From: Bacillales bacterium | GTDB taxonomy: Bacteria > Bacillota > Bacilli > Bacillales > DASSOY01 | Assembly (NCBI GenBank): GCA_035700025.1 | Contig: DASSOY010000048.1 | Location: forward strand, 72,484-136,483 | Direction of reading: 5' to 3' | Length of the DNA: 64,000 nt | Shown: positions 62,872-64,000 of the stretch, piece after piece | Position numbering within the stretch: position 1 is the stretch's first letter | Layout of the letters: each line of letters begins with the position of its first letter | Notes under the pieces: model-generated | Seen by the model: only the letters and a program-made list of their open reading frames with translations | What the model was told of the DNA's origin: nothing | Databases searched by the model: none | Translations under genes and position numbers: made by a program

Positions 62872-64000
62872 ATGGGGGTGAACAAGAAAAGAACTTTCCA
62901 GGTCGGCCTTGCCTTCTTTGTCGTCTTTTTAATCCTTATATCAAGACTCGCTTACATTCAACTCATTGCAACGCAATCGTTTTCCTCGGAAAACATCAAT
63001 TTGCTGAAAGCCGCCGTTAGGCAGCGAACGGAAGGGTTCAAATTAAATGATGGACGCGGAGTGTTGCTGGATCGTCACGGCCGCCCGATGAGGGACGAGC
63101 GGAGGAAGGCGTTAATTTTGTTCCCGTTTTTGAAAGAAACGCATTGGCCGTACAAAAAAGTCGCGGAAATCGTGGGTGTTCCCGCCGAGAACCTGCTTGA
63201 AAAAGTGAAAGCAGCACAAGTGCCTTTCGCATTGCCGCAATCCCTCACGAAACAACAAGTTTCAGCCGTTCGCATGCTGCACATTCCCGGTGTTTACGCC
63301 GAAACTGTGCAATCGCAGGAATTTGACCCTTTCGCAGAACACATTCTTGGTCTTGTCGCTGAAAACAGCAAACTCGTCAAGGAAAGATATCCAGAAAAGC
63401 TGCGGTCAGGTGTCATCGAACCGACGACGAAAATCGGTATCAGCGGACTCGAGGAAGCTTTCGATCCGTTTCTCGTCTCAAGGGGCACTTCCAAACTTAT
63501 TTATCATACGGAGGCTAACGGATCACCGTTGTTCGGTCTTCAAGTTCGCTTTACCGGTCCCGGAAGTCCTTATTATCCATTAAGCGTGAAAACTACGTTG
63601 GATAAACACTTGCAGATGATCGTTCAACAGGCCGTCGATGAAGCCGGACTCGAAAAAGGCGGTGCCGTCCTGCTCGATGCCCGAACGAATACATTGCTCG
63701 CCATGGTGAGCCGGCCGAAATTCGATCCGCACCACCCGTATGATCGCGGGGCGAAAAATTACATGATTTTGCCGCAAATCCCGGGATCCGTTTTCAAAAT
63801 CGTTACCGCCGCTGCCGCCATCGAAACGGGTGCGATTGATCCAGATCGACAGTTTAATTGCGATACCAACTTGTACGGCGGTCCGAATCCAGAAAGGAAA
63901 CTTGGCCAATTGACGTTTGCCGAAGGGTTCGCTGAAAGCTGCAATCGGGTATTCGGTCAATTAGCAACGGAAATCGCCGATGAACATCCGAATTACATCG
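62872..64000 (+). CDS. class B penicillin-binding protein (transpeptidase), 5' partial; runs off the window
   Basis: It is not in the ORF track because there is no stop within the window. My translation from ATG 62872 (GGGGGTGAGGTG SD) gives MGVNKKRTFQVGLAFFVVFLILISRLAYIQL (TM), then a dimerisation domain, then transpeptidase motifs GSVFKIVTAAAAIE (SxxK) and ESCNRVF (SxN). Confidence 0.85.
   Translation, partial: MGVNKKRTFQVGLAFFVVFLILISRLAYIQLIATQSFSSENINLLKAAVRQRTEGFKLNDGRGVLLDRHGRPMRDERRKALILFPFLKETHWPYKKVAEIVGVPAENLLEKVKAAQVPFALPQSLTKQQVSAVRMLHIPGVYAETVQSQEFDPFAEHILGLVAENSKLVKERYPEKLRSGVIEPTTKIGISGLEEAFDPFLVSRGTSKLIYHTEANGSPLFGLQVRFTGPGSPYYPLSVKTTLDKHLQMIVQQAVDEAGLEKGGAVLLDARTNTLLAMVSRPKFDPHHPYDRGAKNYMILPQIPGSVFKIVTAAAAIETGAIDPDRQFNCDTNLYGGPNPERKLGQLTFAEGFAESCNRVFGQLATEIADEHPNYI

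Overview
This 64-kb window is almost entirely conserved core genome of an endospore-forming Bacillaceae. I cannot assign genus or species without a database. Gene order follows the Bacillus subtilis 168 comC-to-greA block: comC, spoIIB, maf, radC, mreBCD, minCD, spoIVFA/FB, rplU-prp-rpmA, spo0B-obg-pheB, niaR, safA, nadE, coxA-like, yebC-like, bofC, ruvAB, queA-tgt-yajC, spoVB, comN, secD/secF, recJ-apt-relA-dtd, amidase, hisS-aspS, rarA, cymR-cysteine desulfurase-mnmA, a TPR protein, recD2, alaS, yrzL-ruvX-yrzB-mltG, greA and a partial class B PBP. Many ORF-track entries are over-extended at the N-terminus, so I re-set starts where a Shine-Dalgarno (SD) sequence and homolog N-termini agree. 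RNA features missing from the ORF track are a 6S RNA downstream of aspS, T-box leaders before hisS-aspS and alaS, a probable L21 leader before rplU, and many intrinsic terminators. The only clearly accessory segment is an AT-rich stretch of about 3.8 kb (about 13.47-17.24 kb) between rpmA and spo0B. It carries a two-gene MacB/FtsX-type ABC transporter in which both genes are damaged: an in-frame TAA in the ATPase and a 1-nt frameshift in the permease. I found no CRISPR array, transposase, integrase, tRNA or rRNA, and no recognisable multi-gene defence or otherwise novel system. The findings below are modest and are scored accordingly.
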